Notes under the pieces: generated by a model | What the model saw: the letters and a program-made list of their open reading frames with translations, nothing else | What the model was told of the DNA's origin: nothing | The model's database searches: none | Made by a program: the position numbers and the translations under genes | Assembly: GCA_036479435.1 (NCBI GenBank) | Contig: JAZGFI010000103.1 | Span: forward strand, 1-64,000 | From: Planctomycetota bacterium | GTDB lineage: Bacteria; Planctomycetota; GCA-002687715; DRQF01 | Reading direction: 5' to 3' | DNA length: 64,000 nucleotides | Shown here: positions 52,832-62,413 of the stretch, one piece after another | How the letters are laid out: every line of letters begins with the position of its first letter | How positions within the stretch are numbered: the stretch's first letter is position 1

Positions 52832-55669
52832 ATGGACAAGATTGCAATTCCTTTCCTATTGCTACTGGCTCTGATCGGCGCTGGTGCCGCGGTCTGGTTT
52901 TATGTTGCAGAGGACTCGATTGAGCCCGATGACACCAAGCAACCCGAAGTCGTTGACGTCGATGAAGAAATGGCAACAGTCGACAAGAAGCCGGACCCCA
53001 GCGCGGTCGTTGGTGAACGCATCGAGATTGCGAAGGGCTCTGGCGAAAAAGCGGTGGCGGAGATCGGCCCCGAGGGAATCCTCCAGGGCACGGTTTACGA
53101 TCTCAACGGAAAACCTCTCGCGGGAACGAAGATCAAGCTCTTCAAGTTCAAGCAGGTTCCGATGCCCAAGACCGGACGCACCCGCATCGACTTCGCTCAA
53201 AAAGAGGTGAAGATGGCGACGACGGACGCTACGGGTCACTACGAATTCAAAGAGTGCCTCGCCAAATATCCCGGCAAACAGCTCTCGATGAAAAGTCTCA
53301 ACCGCGAGTACGTTGCGGTGCTGAAGGACCATGTCGGAGCCGGCATGGTCGTTGACTTCAAATTGCAACGTGGCGCTCGCGTTATGGGCGTCATTACGGA
53401 TCGCGATACCGGTAAACCCATCGAAGGCGTTCGCGTCAAAGGTGACGTCAAGAACGTTACCTCTTCGATGCACAGCTATGAGCGCTTCACGGAAGTCACC
53501 AAGACCGACTCTCAAGGACGCTACGAACTCAATGGAGCGCCAGCGGGTCGGCTGCAAATGCTCTTAGAGCACGAAGACTATGAGATGTCCTACATTGCGC
53601 CTTCGCAGGGCCTCGACACCACCTTAGGTAATGATCTCAAGTTTAGCTTCAAAATGAAGCGTGGCATCGTCTTGAATGGTTTGGTTATTGACGCGACGAC
53701 GCGGAAGCCGATTGCCGGTGCGGTCTTCACTTACAAAGAAATGCCCTTCATCTCGCATGCAAAAGAGAAGACGGGAATCCTCGGAAAATTCAGGGTCAAG
53801 GGAATCTCACGTGGGTTCCGCTCGATCGAGATCATGGCCAAGGACTACACACACCTGAGACAAAACGTCGACTTTAATGACGACGATATGGCGAAGGAAA
53901 TCATTTTCGAGTTGAAACCCGCGGGTCGCGCCCGTGGGCTCGTGCTCGACGACAACGGCGATCCGGTTGAGAACGCCGACATCTACGTCGCGATCCAAAT
54001 CGGTGTCTTCTTCAAGATTCGGGATTATCCCGAAACAAGAACCGATGCACAGGGCCAATTCGAGGTGAGAAATCTCGGCGATGGCGTCGAGTACAAGATC
54101 TGTGCCGCTCGGGAAGGATGGACCGTAGGGGTCGGCGAAGTTCTGCGCGGGGCCACCGGCGAGGTCGTCGAAGACGTCATCGTCACCGTTGATCGAGGCT
54201 CGGTGGTTCAGGGCCAGATTTTGGATCAATCCGGCGTGGCTATCGCCGGCGCCGAAGTTGCCCTCTACAAGCCGCCCGTGCAGGGCGTCTGGTTCCCGCC
54301 GGGATTCAAGGTGGGGCAGAAATCCGACGAGAGCGTCGTCGCCGACGAGACCGGTACTTACAAGTTCAAAGGGCTCCATGCCGGTCGCTATCGGCTCTCG
54401 GTCGACCACGTCGAGTACATCGCCGTGGCCTCCAAACAGGTCGATATCAGCGCTGGGAATGAGAGCCTCAACTACGACTTCAATCTCGAACGCGGCCGCA
54501 CAATTTCGGGTCGCGTTGTTGACGATGTCGGCAACGTGGTCGCCGGTGCTCGCGTCGACGCCACTCAGGGGCGGAACATCCGGCAAAGAGTCTCGGCTAC
54601 GACCGACGAGAGTGGCGAGTACGTCATTCGACGCCTTCACGATCGTCCCTACCGAATCTTCGCCAGCAGCCGCAGCAAGGTTGGCACCGCGCTGGACGAT
54701 GTGCCGGCCGATAGCTCGAACATCGACTTTGTGCTGCAAAACTACGGGTCGTTGAGAGCCCACTTGGCGTCCCGGTCTGGCGAAACTCCGGAGAAAATGA
54801 AGATCACCCTCTTCCCCTTGGCAGATGTCGAGCGCAAGGGTGCAAAGTATGCAAAGGACCGAATGGCACAAAAGATGATGCGAACGAGTGAGGCGTTCAT
54901 CGAGAAGGATATCTACCCTGAGAACGGTTACATCGATGTGCAGAAGATCGTGCCTGGCGACTACCGTATCGAACTCAGTTCAGATGAATTCCGAGAGTAC
55001 AAACTCGAGCTCATTACGATCGCTTCCGGTTCCCTTACTAACGGCCCCGAGATTGTGCTCCTCAGCGGCGGGCGGCTTGAAGGCTACATCTTAGACTCAG
55101 AAGGAAATCCAGTTGGCGGCAAGGAAATTCAGATCTTCCTTCGTGCCGGTCGCGGTACGCTGAAAAAGACCTCCATTGGCAAGGGCGGCAAGAGAGTGAC
55201 GACTTCTAGCCGAGCCGATTGGCCAGGCAAACAAGTCGTACCGGATAGCGAGGGCTTCTACAGCATTGGCGGGTTGCCCCCGGGCAAGATTGAGATGGTC
55301 ATTCGATCGCGCTTGTACTGCGTTCCGCAGATTGAGGAACTTCAAGTTCCGGGCGAGAGCATCCTAAAGAAGAACGTGACGATGGTCCGCGGTGGAACGG
55401 TGCTGTTCCACGTCAAGGACGAAAACGCGGCTCCGGTGCCTCACGCGCAAGTTTCAGTGGTCACGATGGACGGAAACCCGGCGAAAGTCGATGGTCGGCG
55501 GGTCGCCGCCCGAGGTTCCGTGCGGGGTGAATTGAGAGTTCCGAAATTGATGCCTGGCAAATACAAGTTCTATATTCGACGTCGTGGACACGACACCGTC
55601 GAACTTGAGATTGAAGTCGGTCCCGGCGAACAAGCCATTCGGGATGTGACTTTGCCGGTCATCCGTTAA
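52832..55669 (+). CDS. Membrane-anchored protein with tandem carboxypeptidase-regulatory-like (beta-sandwich) domains
   Basis: N-terminal TM; repeated G.V.D..G.P(I/V).GA.V ... TD..G.(Y/F) units. Confidence 0.85.
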   Translation: MDKIAIPFLLLLALIGAGAAVWFYVAEDSIEPDDTKQPEVVDVDEEMATVDKKPDPSAVVGERIEIAKGSGEKAVAEIGPEGILQGTVYDLNGKPLAGTKIKLFKFKQVPMPKTGRTRIDFAQKEVKMATTDATGHYEFKECLAKYPGKQLSMKSLNREYVAVLKDHVGAGMVVDFKLQRGARVMGVITDRDTGKPIEGVRVKGDVKNVTSSMHSYERFTEVTKTDSQGRYELNGAPAGRLQMLLEHEDYEMSYIAPSQGLDTTLGNDLKFSFKMKRGIVLNGLVIDATTRKPIAGAVFTYKEMPFISHAKEKTGILGKFRVKGISRGFRSIEIMAKDYTHLRQNVDFNDDDMAKEIIFELKPAGRARGLVLDDNGDPVENADIYVAIQIGVFFKIRDYPETRTDAQGQFEVRNLGDGVEYKICAAREGWTVGVGEVLRGATGEVVEDVIVTVDRGSVVQGQILDQSGVAIAGAEVALYKPPVQGVWFPPGFKVGQKSDESVVADETGTYKFKGLHAGRYRLSVDHVEYIAVASKQVDISAGNESLNYDFNLERGRTISGRVVDDVGNVVAGARVDATQGRNIRQRVSATTDESGEYVIRRLHDRPYRIFASSRSKVGTALDDVPADSSNIDFVLQNYGSLRAHLASRSGETPEKMKITLFPLADVERKGAKYAKDRMAQKMMRTSEAFIEKDIYPENGYIDVQKIVPGDYRIELSSDEFREYKLELITIASGSLTNGPEIVLLSGGRLEGYILDSEGNPVGGKEIQIFLRAGRGTLKKTSIGKGGKRVTTSSRADWPGKQVVPDSEGFYSIGGLPPGKIEMVIRSRLYCVPQIEELQVPGESILKKNVTMVRGGTVLFHVKDENAAPVPHAQVSVVTMDGNPAKVDGRRVAARGSVRGELRVPKLMPGKYKFYIRRRGHDTVELEIEVGPGEQAIRDVTLPVIR

Positions 55670-55706
55670 TTCAACCAAGGCCGAGGCCAACTCAGCGAGC
55701 CAAATC

Positions 55707-55739
55707 AGAGCCTGAAGTCACTTGTTGGCTTCAGGCTCT
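55707..55739 (+). terminator. Hairpin after the carboxypeptidase-repeat gene
   Basis: AGAGCCTGAAG...CTTCAGGCTCT 11-bp perfect stem; weak U-tail. Confidence 0.55.
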
Positions 55740-56130
55740 CTTCGTGTCGAAACCGGGTTGAACCATCCCGCTGGCGTTGAAAAAGTTAAACATGAGCCCT
55801 CAAGGCTCCAAAAAACAGAACATGACACTTAAGTTCAAGGGCTTAAGTAATTTAGCGCATAATGAATGCGCGATGGCGGGTTCGGCCGTGGTAAATGGTG
55901 AACATAGCGCTTCACCAGCTTGCGGCATTCCGCCGCCGCACCGTAATGGAAGTCCTAAATGCCAAAGGACTTGCGAAAGTTCTGAGATTTTCTATTGCCG
56001 GGCACGCCGTTTGTTTGGGTTTTCAGCCACACGAGGACAGTGTTCTCGCGGTAAAGCGCTGAAAAAAAGAGCTTTGGGTCTCAGAGAACTTTCCCTCCCC
56101 AACCGCCCTCTCTAGCTCAAAGTTCTTTTT

Positions 56131-56577
56131 TCAGCGCTTTTCTTTTTCCAGGGCCGTCATCTTGTCAACCCGCCTTCGGTGCCTTCCTCCCGCGAACTCG
56201 GTCGCCAAAAACGTCTCCATTGCGGACTCTAGTTGGGCTGATCCCAAGACGCGAGCTCCGAGGCAAAGCACGTTCGCATCGTTGTGTTCTCTCGCGAGGC
56301 GAGCGCTTAAGTCGGAGTGGCAAAGAGCGGCGCGGACGCCGTTGATCTTGTTGGCTGCGATCGAAATCCCGATGCCGCTGCCGCAGAGCAGGACCCCGAA
56401 ATCGGCCTCTTTGTTGGCCACCAATCGGCCGACCTTCGCGGCCACATCTGGGTAGTCCACCGAGTTGCTGTCATCAGTTCCGACATTGGCCACTTCATGT
56501 CCCATGGATTGTAATTTCTCCATCAAGCTGGCCTTCTCCGCGAAAGCGGCGTGGTCGTTTCCGATGGCGATCTTCAT
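56131..56577 (-). CDS. rpiB: Ribose-5-phosphate isomerase B
   Basis: IAIGNDHA, VDYPD, CGSGIG, ANKINGVRAA, REHNDANVL, FAGGRH. Confidence 0.97.
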   Translation of the reverse strand: MKIAIGNDHAAFAEKASLMEKLQSMGHEVANVGTDDSNSVDYPDVAAKVGRLVANKEADFGVLLCGSGIGISIAANKINGVRAALCHSDLSARLAREHNDANVLCLGARVLGSAQLESAMETFLATEFAGGRHRRRVDKMTALEKEKR

Positions 56578-57626
56578 GGTGCCTCCCTCAGTTTCTTCAA
56601 GGCCAAGCTGATCTGCTCGGCGGTGCTTCGGTAAAGATCAACGTCGCCGCCAAAGGGATCGATGATGTCGGCCCTAGGGTCAAGGGGGCGGATGCGGTCG
56701 GCGAAATCCGGGAATTCATGCGCGAGGATTTCTGCGTGGTGTGCGGTCATCGTCAAGATGCGATCCATGCGCCGGAGAAGGTCACCGCTGATCGGTCGCG
56801 AGCGGTGTCCCCTCAAAGACAGACCGCGCTCTTCCGCCACGATCTGTGCGGCCTCAGACGCGGGTGTTCCCGCCCAAGCTGAAATGCCCGCCGAAAAGAT
56901 TCGAATGGCGGGCGCTTCGTCGCCCTCAGTGCCGCCTTCCTGCTCGATCTGCTGCCTCAAAATGGCCTCAGCCATCGGGCTGCGGCAGGTGTTTCCGGTA
57001 CAAACCAAGAGGATGCGCTCGGCCAGTTCTTCGGCGACCGTTGTGGCCTCGATGGCACCTTCTCGCAACACCTCGAAACTGCCATTTTCGAACACGCGGA
57101 CTACGGTGGAGGGAACGCCTCCGAGCGGTCGGTCGTACTCGACAATAAGATTGACGCGGTCGCCGAAAGCCTCGTTGATTGCCTGTGCCGTCGTGAAGTC
57201 GGGGCGACCGCTCACGTTGGCACTGGTACCGACGATGGAAAAAGGGGCGCGGCGAGCGAGCGCCGGCGTGAAAGCGTCAGAGGGGCAACGGAGACCAACG
57301 GTCCCTCCGCCGCGGTTGTCGACGACGAGCGTTATGGCACCCGGCCATAGGGCTCGCGCAAGCCGTTCGGCCGCAGGGGCTAACTCGCCACCAGCGGCGG
57401 CGCGGGCCTGGACCAGGTTGCACACGTAGCGGGCCAAGGGCTTGCGCTCGCTGCGTTGCTTCAGGGCGTAGAGAGCTTTTGTCGCTTCGGGATCGTCGCC
57501 GCGGATTCCCAATCCATAGACCGTTTCGGTGGGGAAGGCCAAAATCCCGCCGTCTTGAAGGCACTCGATGGCCCGTGCCAGAATCGGCTCCAAATTGGCC
57601 GCATCAAATTTCAGAATCTCGGTCAT
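56574..57626 (-). CDS. tsaC: Sua5/TsaC threonylcarbamoyl-AMP synthase fused to an LMW phosphatase (YwlE-like)
   Basis: FPTETVYGL, ALKQR, WPG, GLRCP, TSANVSG, STVV, LREG; then VCTGNTCRSPMAE ... IIDPFGG. Confidence 0.88.
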   Translation of the reverse strand: MTEILKFDAANLEPILARAIECLQDGGILAFPTETVYGLGIRGDDPEATKALYALKQRSERKPLARYVCNLVQARAAAGGELAPAAERLARALWPGAITLVVDNRGGGTVGLRCPSDAFTPALARRAPFSIVGTSANVSGRPDFTTAQAINEAFGDRVNLIVEYDRPLGGVPSTVVRVFENGSFEVLREGAIEATTVAEELAERILLVCTGNTCRSPMAEAILRQQIEQEGGTEGDEAPAIRIFSAGISAWAGTPASEAAQIVAEERGLSLRGHRSRPISGDLLRRMDRILTMTAHHAEILAHEFPDFADRIRPLDPRADIIDPFGGDVDLYRSTAEQISLALKKLREAP

Positions 57627-57748
57627 GATTTTTGAGGTTATCAGCATCCGAGGACCGGTGCGGACTTTTGACCAAATCCACGGAGCGTGTTAACAGGCGG
57701 GTAGGATCATGGCCCCGCAAGGGCCACCGCCTCTTGAGAGCGCAGGGA

Positions 57749-58495
57749 ATGTCCGAGCACCAATCCAAAGAACGATTGCAACAACTTAGCGCACTTGTGG
57801 GCGGGCTCGCCCACGAGATCAAAAACCCCTTGTCGACGATTAACATCAACCTTGAGCTGTTGCGCGAGGACTGGCATCACGACGGCGGGCCGCTGGCTAG
57901 TCGTTCGATTCGTAAAATCGACGTCTTACTGCAAGAATCGAGGCGCTTGGAGGGGATGCTGACAGAATTCATCAGACTAACTTCGACCGCCGAGCTCGAC
58001 CCGAGCATCGTGGATATCAATGTCCTCTTGGAGGACGTCCTCGATTTTACGGCGGCCGAATGTCGGAATCGCAATATCCAGATCACCAGCCAGCTGGACC
58101 GCTCGCTCCCGCGCGTTGAGTTGGACCCCAACTTGATCCGCCAGGTGGTCTTGAATCTCCTCAAAAACTCCTTCGAGGCCATGGAAGAGCGTGGCGGCAC
58201 GATCACCGTCAACACCAGGCGCAAGGCGGCGGGGAGTGACTCGGAACTTAGGGTTGTGATCGAGGTTATTGACAACGGCTCCGGCATCACCCCGGAATCC
58301 CAAAAGCGGGTCTTTCAGGCTTACTTTTCTACCAAAGCCGAGGGAACTGGATTGGGTCTTCCCTCGGTACAAAAGATCGTCGAACGGCACGGCGGTCGCA
58401 TTAGCTGTGAGAGCGCTCCCGGTTTGGGAACTCGCTTCGTGGTCGAGCTCCCAGCCAGGCAACCGTCAGCACCAGCACCTGACGAGGGACCCTGA
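57749..58495 (+). CDS. Histidine kinase (HisKA + HATPase only)
   Basis: LAHEIKNPL, QVVLNLLKNSFEAM, DNGSGI, FSTK..GTGLGL. Confidence 0.92.
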   Translation: MSEHQSKERLQQLSALVGGLAHEIKNPLSTININLELLREDWHHDGGPLASRSIRKIDVLLQESRRLEGMLTEFIRLTSTAELDPSIVDINVLLEDVLDFTAAECRNRNIQITSQLDRSLPRVELDPNLIRQVVLNLLKNSFEAMEERGGTITVNTRRKAAGSDSELRVVIEVIDNGSGITPESQKRVFQAYFSTKAEGTGLGLPSVQKIVERHGGRISCESAPGLGTRFVVELPARQPSAPAPDEGP

Positions 58496-58500
58496 ACGTC

Positions 58501-59886
58501 ATGGAACGTGATATCAAGGTTCTGGTCATCGATGACGAGGCTAACCACGCCCAAGCCACCGCCGAGATTCTTGAACGCATGGGCTACGACGTCGCGGTGG
58601 CGACCTCGGGCAAAAACGGTCTCAAAACGATCGCGGCGGATGTCTTTGATCTCATCGTCACTGATGTCGTCATGGGCGAAATTGGCGGCTTGGACATCCT
58701 CCAGGCGGCTAAGGCCAAGAACGCTGCAACCGAGGTCATCTTGGTGTCGGGTCAAGGTAGCGTTGGCATGGCGCTAGAGTCCATTCAGCTCGGTGCGGCG
58801 AACTACCTCACAAAGCCGCTGAAAGTCGACGAGGTCCGCACTGAAGTTAGAGAAGTCGTTCGCCGGATTAGGGACCGGCGGCGAGGGAATGTGCCGAAGG
58901 CCATTCCCGTCGCGGTCGAACGTATTCCGTCCGAAGAGTACGGCGATTTTCACGAGTTCATCGGCCGTTCCGCCGCTCAGCTGCAAGTCTTCGAGATGAT
59001 CCGCAAGGTCGCTCCCACGTCGGCGACGGTCTTGGTTACAGGACCGAACGGGTCCGGCAAGGAGCTCGTCGCCCGGGCGATTCACCGCCTGAGTCCACGC
59101 CACGCCAATCCCTTCGTCGCCTTGAATTGCGGCGCCATGGCCGAAAACATTCTCGAGAGCGAACTGTTCGGTCACGTTCGGGGCGCTTTCACCGGGGCCA
59201 CCGCGAACCGTGAAGGTCGTTTTCAGTACGCCGACAAGGGCACCCTGTTTCTCGATGAGATTGGCGACACCTCGCTTTCGTTCCAAGTCAAACTATTACG
59301 GGTCATCCAAGAGCGAGAAGTGACGCCGGTTGGTTCCAATGCCACGCGTCAGGTCGATGTCCGAATTATCACGGCAACTAACCGTGACTTGGCGGAAGAA
59401 GTCCGCCGGGGCAACTTTCGCGAGGATCTCTACTACCGCTTGAAAGTCGTGCATATCCAAACCCCTCCGCTCAAACATCGCCGAGAAGATATCCCCGCCT
59501 TAGTTCAGCATTTCATCACAGAAGCCAACGCGAGCTTCGGCAAGCAGGTAAGCGGAATCCAAAAAGTCGCGCTCCAACAACTCATCAACTACGACTGGCC
59601 CGGCAACGTCAGACAACTGAAAAACACCGTCGAAACAATGGTGGTATTGGGCTCAACGACGGAGCTAGGAACGGAAGACATCCCCTCGGACGTCGTGGGG
59701 ACCGCGACCCCCGGTCAGGCGCTCGCACCGCTGGAGATCTTTGAGCAGTTGACGCTTTCGGGCATCGAAGAGTTCATGATCCGTCACCACCTAAAAAAGT
59801 TCGACGGGAGCCGCGCCAAGGTCGCCGAAGCCCTGGGGATCTCAGAGCGGACCCTCTACCGCAAGCTCAAAGAGTACGGCGTCTAG
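58501..59886 (+). CDS. Sigma54-dependent response regulator (NtrC family: REC-AAA-HTH)
   Basis: [67 protein letters not shown]. Confidence 0.95.
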   Translation: MERDIKVLVIDDEANHAQATAEILERMGYDVAVATSGKNGLKTIAADVFDLIVTDVVMGEIGGLDILQAAKAKNAATEVILVSGQGSVGMALESIQLGAANYLTKPLKVDEVRTEVREVVRRIRDRRRGNVPKAIPVAVERIPSEEYGDFHEFIGRSAAQLQVFEMIRKVAPTSATVLVTGPNGSGKELVARAIHRLSPRHANPFVALNCGAMAENILESELFGHVRGAFTGATANREGRFQYADKGTLFLDEIGDTSLSFQVKLLRVIQEREVTPVGSNATRQVDVRIITATNRDLAEEVRRGNFREDLYYRLKVVHIQTPPLKHRREDIPALVQHFITEANASFGKQVSGIQKVALQQLINYDWPGNVRQLKNTVETMVVLGSTTELGTEDIPSDVVGTATPGQALAPLEIFEQLTLSGIEEFMIRHHLKKFDGSRAKVAEALGISERTLYRKLKEYGV

Positions 59887-59921
59887 GCAGGCGCCGCAGG
59901 GCGTCAAGGTCAAACTCAACC

Positions 59922-59975
59922 TGTCAGATTGGCACTGCACACCTAAAGCCTTTCCCTCCGCTGTCAAAAAGACAG
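59922..59975. promoter_or_regulatory. Two palindromic enhancer-like sites upstream of the dnaK promoter
   Basis: TGTCAGATTGGCA (59922-34) and CTGTCAAAAAGACAG (59961-75). Confidence 0.45.
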
Positions 59976-60024
59976 GGTGCCCGCAGCCCCCTCGATTCAC
60001 CTAAAACACGCCTATCAAGGGAGT

Positions 60025-60041
60025 TGGGCGCATGCCTTGCG
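60025..60041 (+). promoter_or_regulatory. Putative sigma54 (-24/-12) promoter of dnaK
   Basis: TGGGCGCATGCCTTGCG: GG (60027-28), N10, GC (60039-40) with TTGC. Confidence 0.5.
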
Positions 60042-60116
60042 GCGCCACGTTCGGCCTCATATTTGCGCCCTGGAGCCCGTAAACACTCAACCGGAATAAC
60101 CAAAAAGGAGTCCGGC

Positions 60117-62042
60117 ATGTCCAAGATCATCGGAATCGATCTCGGTACCACCAACTCAGTCGTCGCCGTCGTAGAGGCGGGCAAACCCACGGTCATCACC
60201 AATGCCGTCGGCAATCGGACGACACCCTCAGTGGTCGCTATCACCGAGTCAGGCGAAGAACTCGTCGGCATGAGCGCCAAACGGCAAGCCGTCACGAATC
60301 CTCTCAACACCATTTTCTCGATTAAGCGTTTCATGGGACGCCGCCACTCGGAAGTCCTCGACGAAGAAAAGCGCTTACCCTACAAGCTGGTGGGTGCCAG
60401 CGATGAAATCGTCAAGGTGGAAGTGCAAGGCCGCACCTACGCCGCACCCGAGATCAGCGCCAAGATTCTCAAGTCGCTGAAAGAAACCGCGGAAAACTAC
60501 CTCGGCGAGCCGGTCGAGAAGGCCGTGATTACCGTGCCCGCTTACTTCAACGACAGCCAACGCCAGGCAACGAAAGACGCGGGTCGGATTGCTGGCCTCG
60601 AAGTGGTGCGCATCATCAACGAGCCCACCGCGGCGGCGCTCGCCTACGGCATCGAGAAAGACTTCACCGGCAAGATCGCCGTGTACGACCTCGGTGGCGG
60701 CACATTCGACATCTCAATCTTGGACGTTGACGCCGGTGACGGCGACGAATTGGGCAAGACCTTCGAAGTGCTCAGCACCAACGGCGACACTCAGTTGGGC
60801 GGCGATGACTTCGATGAAGCGGTTCTCGATTGGATCGCCCAAGAATTCTTGCGCTCGAATGCCGTCGACCTTCGCGACGACAAAATGGCGCTCCAACGCT
60901 TGAAGGAAGCGGCAGAGAAAGCCAAGTGCGAGTTGTCGACAACGGTTCAAACCGAAATCAACCTTCCCTTCATTACGGCGAACGCAAGCGGCCCGCTTCA
61001 CTTGCAGATGACCTTGACGCGTTCGCGCTTCGAACAGATCGTGGCACCGCTCATCGAACGCACCAAGCTGCCCTGCCTGAACGCTTTGAAGGACGCAGGT
61101 CTCCAGCCCTCGGATGTTCACAACATCATCTTGGTTGGTGGTTCGACCCGAATTCCCGCCGTGGAGGCGATGGTCAAAGAACTCTTCGGCAAGGACGTCG
61201 ATGGCGGGGTGAACCCCGACGAAGTCGTTGCGCTTGGAGCCGCCCTACAAGGTGGGATCTTGGCTGGCGAGCGCGACGATGTTGTGCTCATGGATGTGAC
61301 GCCCTTGTCCTTGGGCATCGAGACCCTCGGGGGCGTGATGACCAAAGTCATTGAGCGTAACACGACCATTCCCTCGCAGAAGACGATGCCGTTCTCGACC
61401 GCAGACGACAACCAAACCACGGTCAGTATTCACGTCTTGCAGGGCGAACGCGAGATGGCTGGCGACAACCGCACCTTGGGTCGCTTTGATCTGACCGGAA
61501 TCCCATCGGCGCCACGCGGCCGACCGAAAATTGAAGTCAGTTTCGATATCGATGCGAACGGCATCTTGAAGGTCGCGGCGAAAGATTCCGAGACCGGCAA
61601 GCAGCAGGACATCAAGATCACTTCGTCCTCGGGTATCTCCGAAGAGGAAATCGAGCGCATGAAGCGCGACGCCGAAGAGCACGCCGCCGAAGACAAAACC
61701 AAGCGCGAACTCATCGAGTTGCGCAACCGTGCCGACATGGTGGTTCACGACACCGAAAAGAACCTCAAAGAGCACGGTGACAAGATTTCGGAAGAGGACC
61801 GCGCCAAAGTCGAAGCGGCGCGCGAAAAACTCAAAACCGACCTCGAAGGCGGCGACAAGGAGAGCATCGAGAAATCTGTCGAAGCTCTTATGGAAGCGTC
61901 GCAGTCTTTAGCCAAGGCGCTTTACGAAGCCGAAAACCCCCAAGCGGGCGGTCCCGAGGCGAGCGGCCCGGGTCAACCCGAAAGTGAGCAAAAAGACGAC
62001 GACGACAACGTGATCGACGCCGATTTCACCGTCAAGAACTGA
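60117..62042 (+). CDS. dnaK: Molecular chaperone DnaK
   Basis: [50 protein letters not shown] tail; AAGGAG RBS. Confidence 0.98.
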   Translation: MSKIIGIDLGTTNSVVAVVEAGKPTVITNAVGNRTTPSVVAITESGEELVGMSAKRQAVTNPLNTIFSIKRFMGRRHSEVLDEEKRLPYKLVGASDEIVKVEVQGRTYAAPEISAKILKSLKETAENYLGEPVEKAVITVPAYFNDSQRQATKDAGRIAGLEVVRIINEPTAAALAYGIEKDFTGKIAVYDLGGGTFDISILDVDAGDGDELGKTFEVLSTNGDTQLGGDDFDEAVLDWIAQEFLRSNAVDLRDDKMALQRLKEAAEKAKCELSTTVQTEINLPFITANASGPLHLQMTLTRSRFEQIVAPLIERTKLPCLNALKDAGLQPSDVHNIILVGGSTRIPAVEAMVKELFGKDVDGGVNPDEVVALGAALQGGILAGERDDVVLMDVTPLSLGIETLGGVMTKVIERNTTIPSQKTMPFSTADDNQTTVSIHVLQGEREMAGDNRTLGRFDLTGIPSAPRGRPKIEVSFDIDANGILKVAAKDSETGKQQDIKITSSSGISEEEIERMKRDAEEHAAEDKTKRELIELRNRADMVVHDTEKNLKEHGDKISEEDRAKVEAAREKLKTDLEGGDKESIEKSVEALMEASQSLAKALYEAENPQAGGPEASGPGQPESEQKDDDDNVIDADFTVKN

Positions 62043-62066
62043 GCTTTCGCATCTCATTCACTTGAG

Positions 62067-62105
62067 AGGCCCCAGTCGTCAGACGCGATTGGGGCCTTTT
62101 CTTTT
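62067..62105 (+). terminator. Intrinsic terminator after dnaK
   Basis: AGGCCCCAGTCG...CGATTGGGGCCT followed by TTTCTTTT. Confidence 0.8.
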
Positions 62106-62222
62106 GGCGCCGACCCCGCGAGAATCTGATCGCTTTCGCACAACAGGGCCATCGCATTTTCTATGCTGCGTCTGCAAATGCTCTCTGGACGCTCGGATTG
62201 GCAATCGGCCGGCGCGCTGGCA

Positions 62223-62239
62223 TTGGCTCGACGCTTGCT
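62223..62239 (+). promoter_or_regulatory. Putative sigma54 promoter upstream of the GldA-like ABC operon
   Basis: TTGGCTCGACGCTTGCT versus consensus YTGGCACGnnnnTTGCW. Confidence 0.5.
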
Positions 62240-62413
62240 TGTCTTCCTTGCCTTCACTGGTCTGGCGCGGCAATCGTGTCAAAGCGCTCACTGTGTCGAC
62301 TCGGCTCGGGGACCTTGTTATGTCTGGTCTGCTGGGGCAGAACTGAGGGGCGCCGACGCCACCACTATCGCCTTTGACAATTACGGAGATGGCAGTTTGG
62401 ATTCTCTTCTTCG

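Noticed and set aside
55852..55880. dif site (TTAGCGCATAA resembles a XerC arm)
   Set aside because: No XerD arm (TTATGTTAAAT) after the 6-bp spacer
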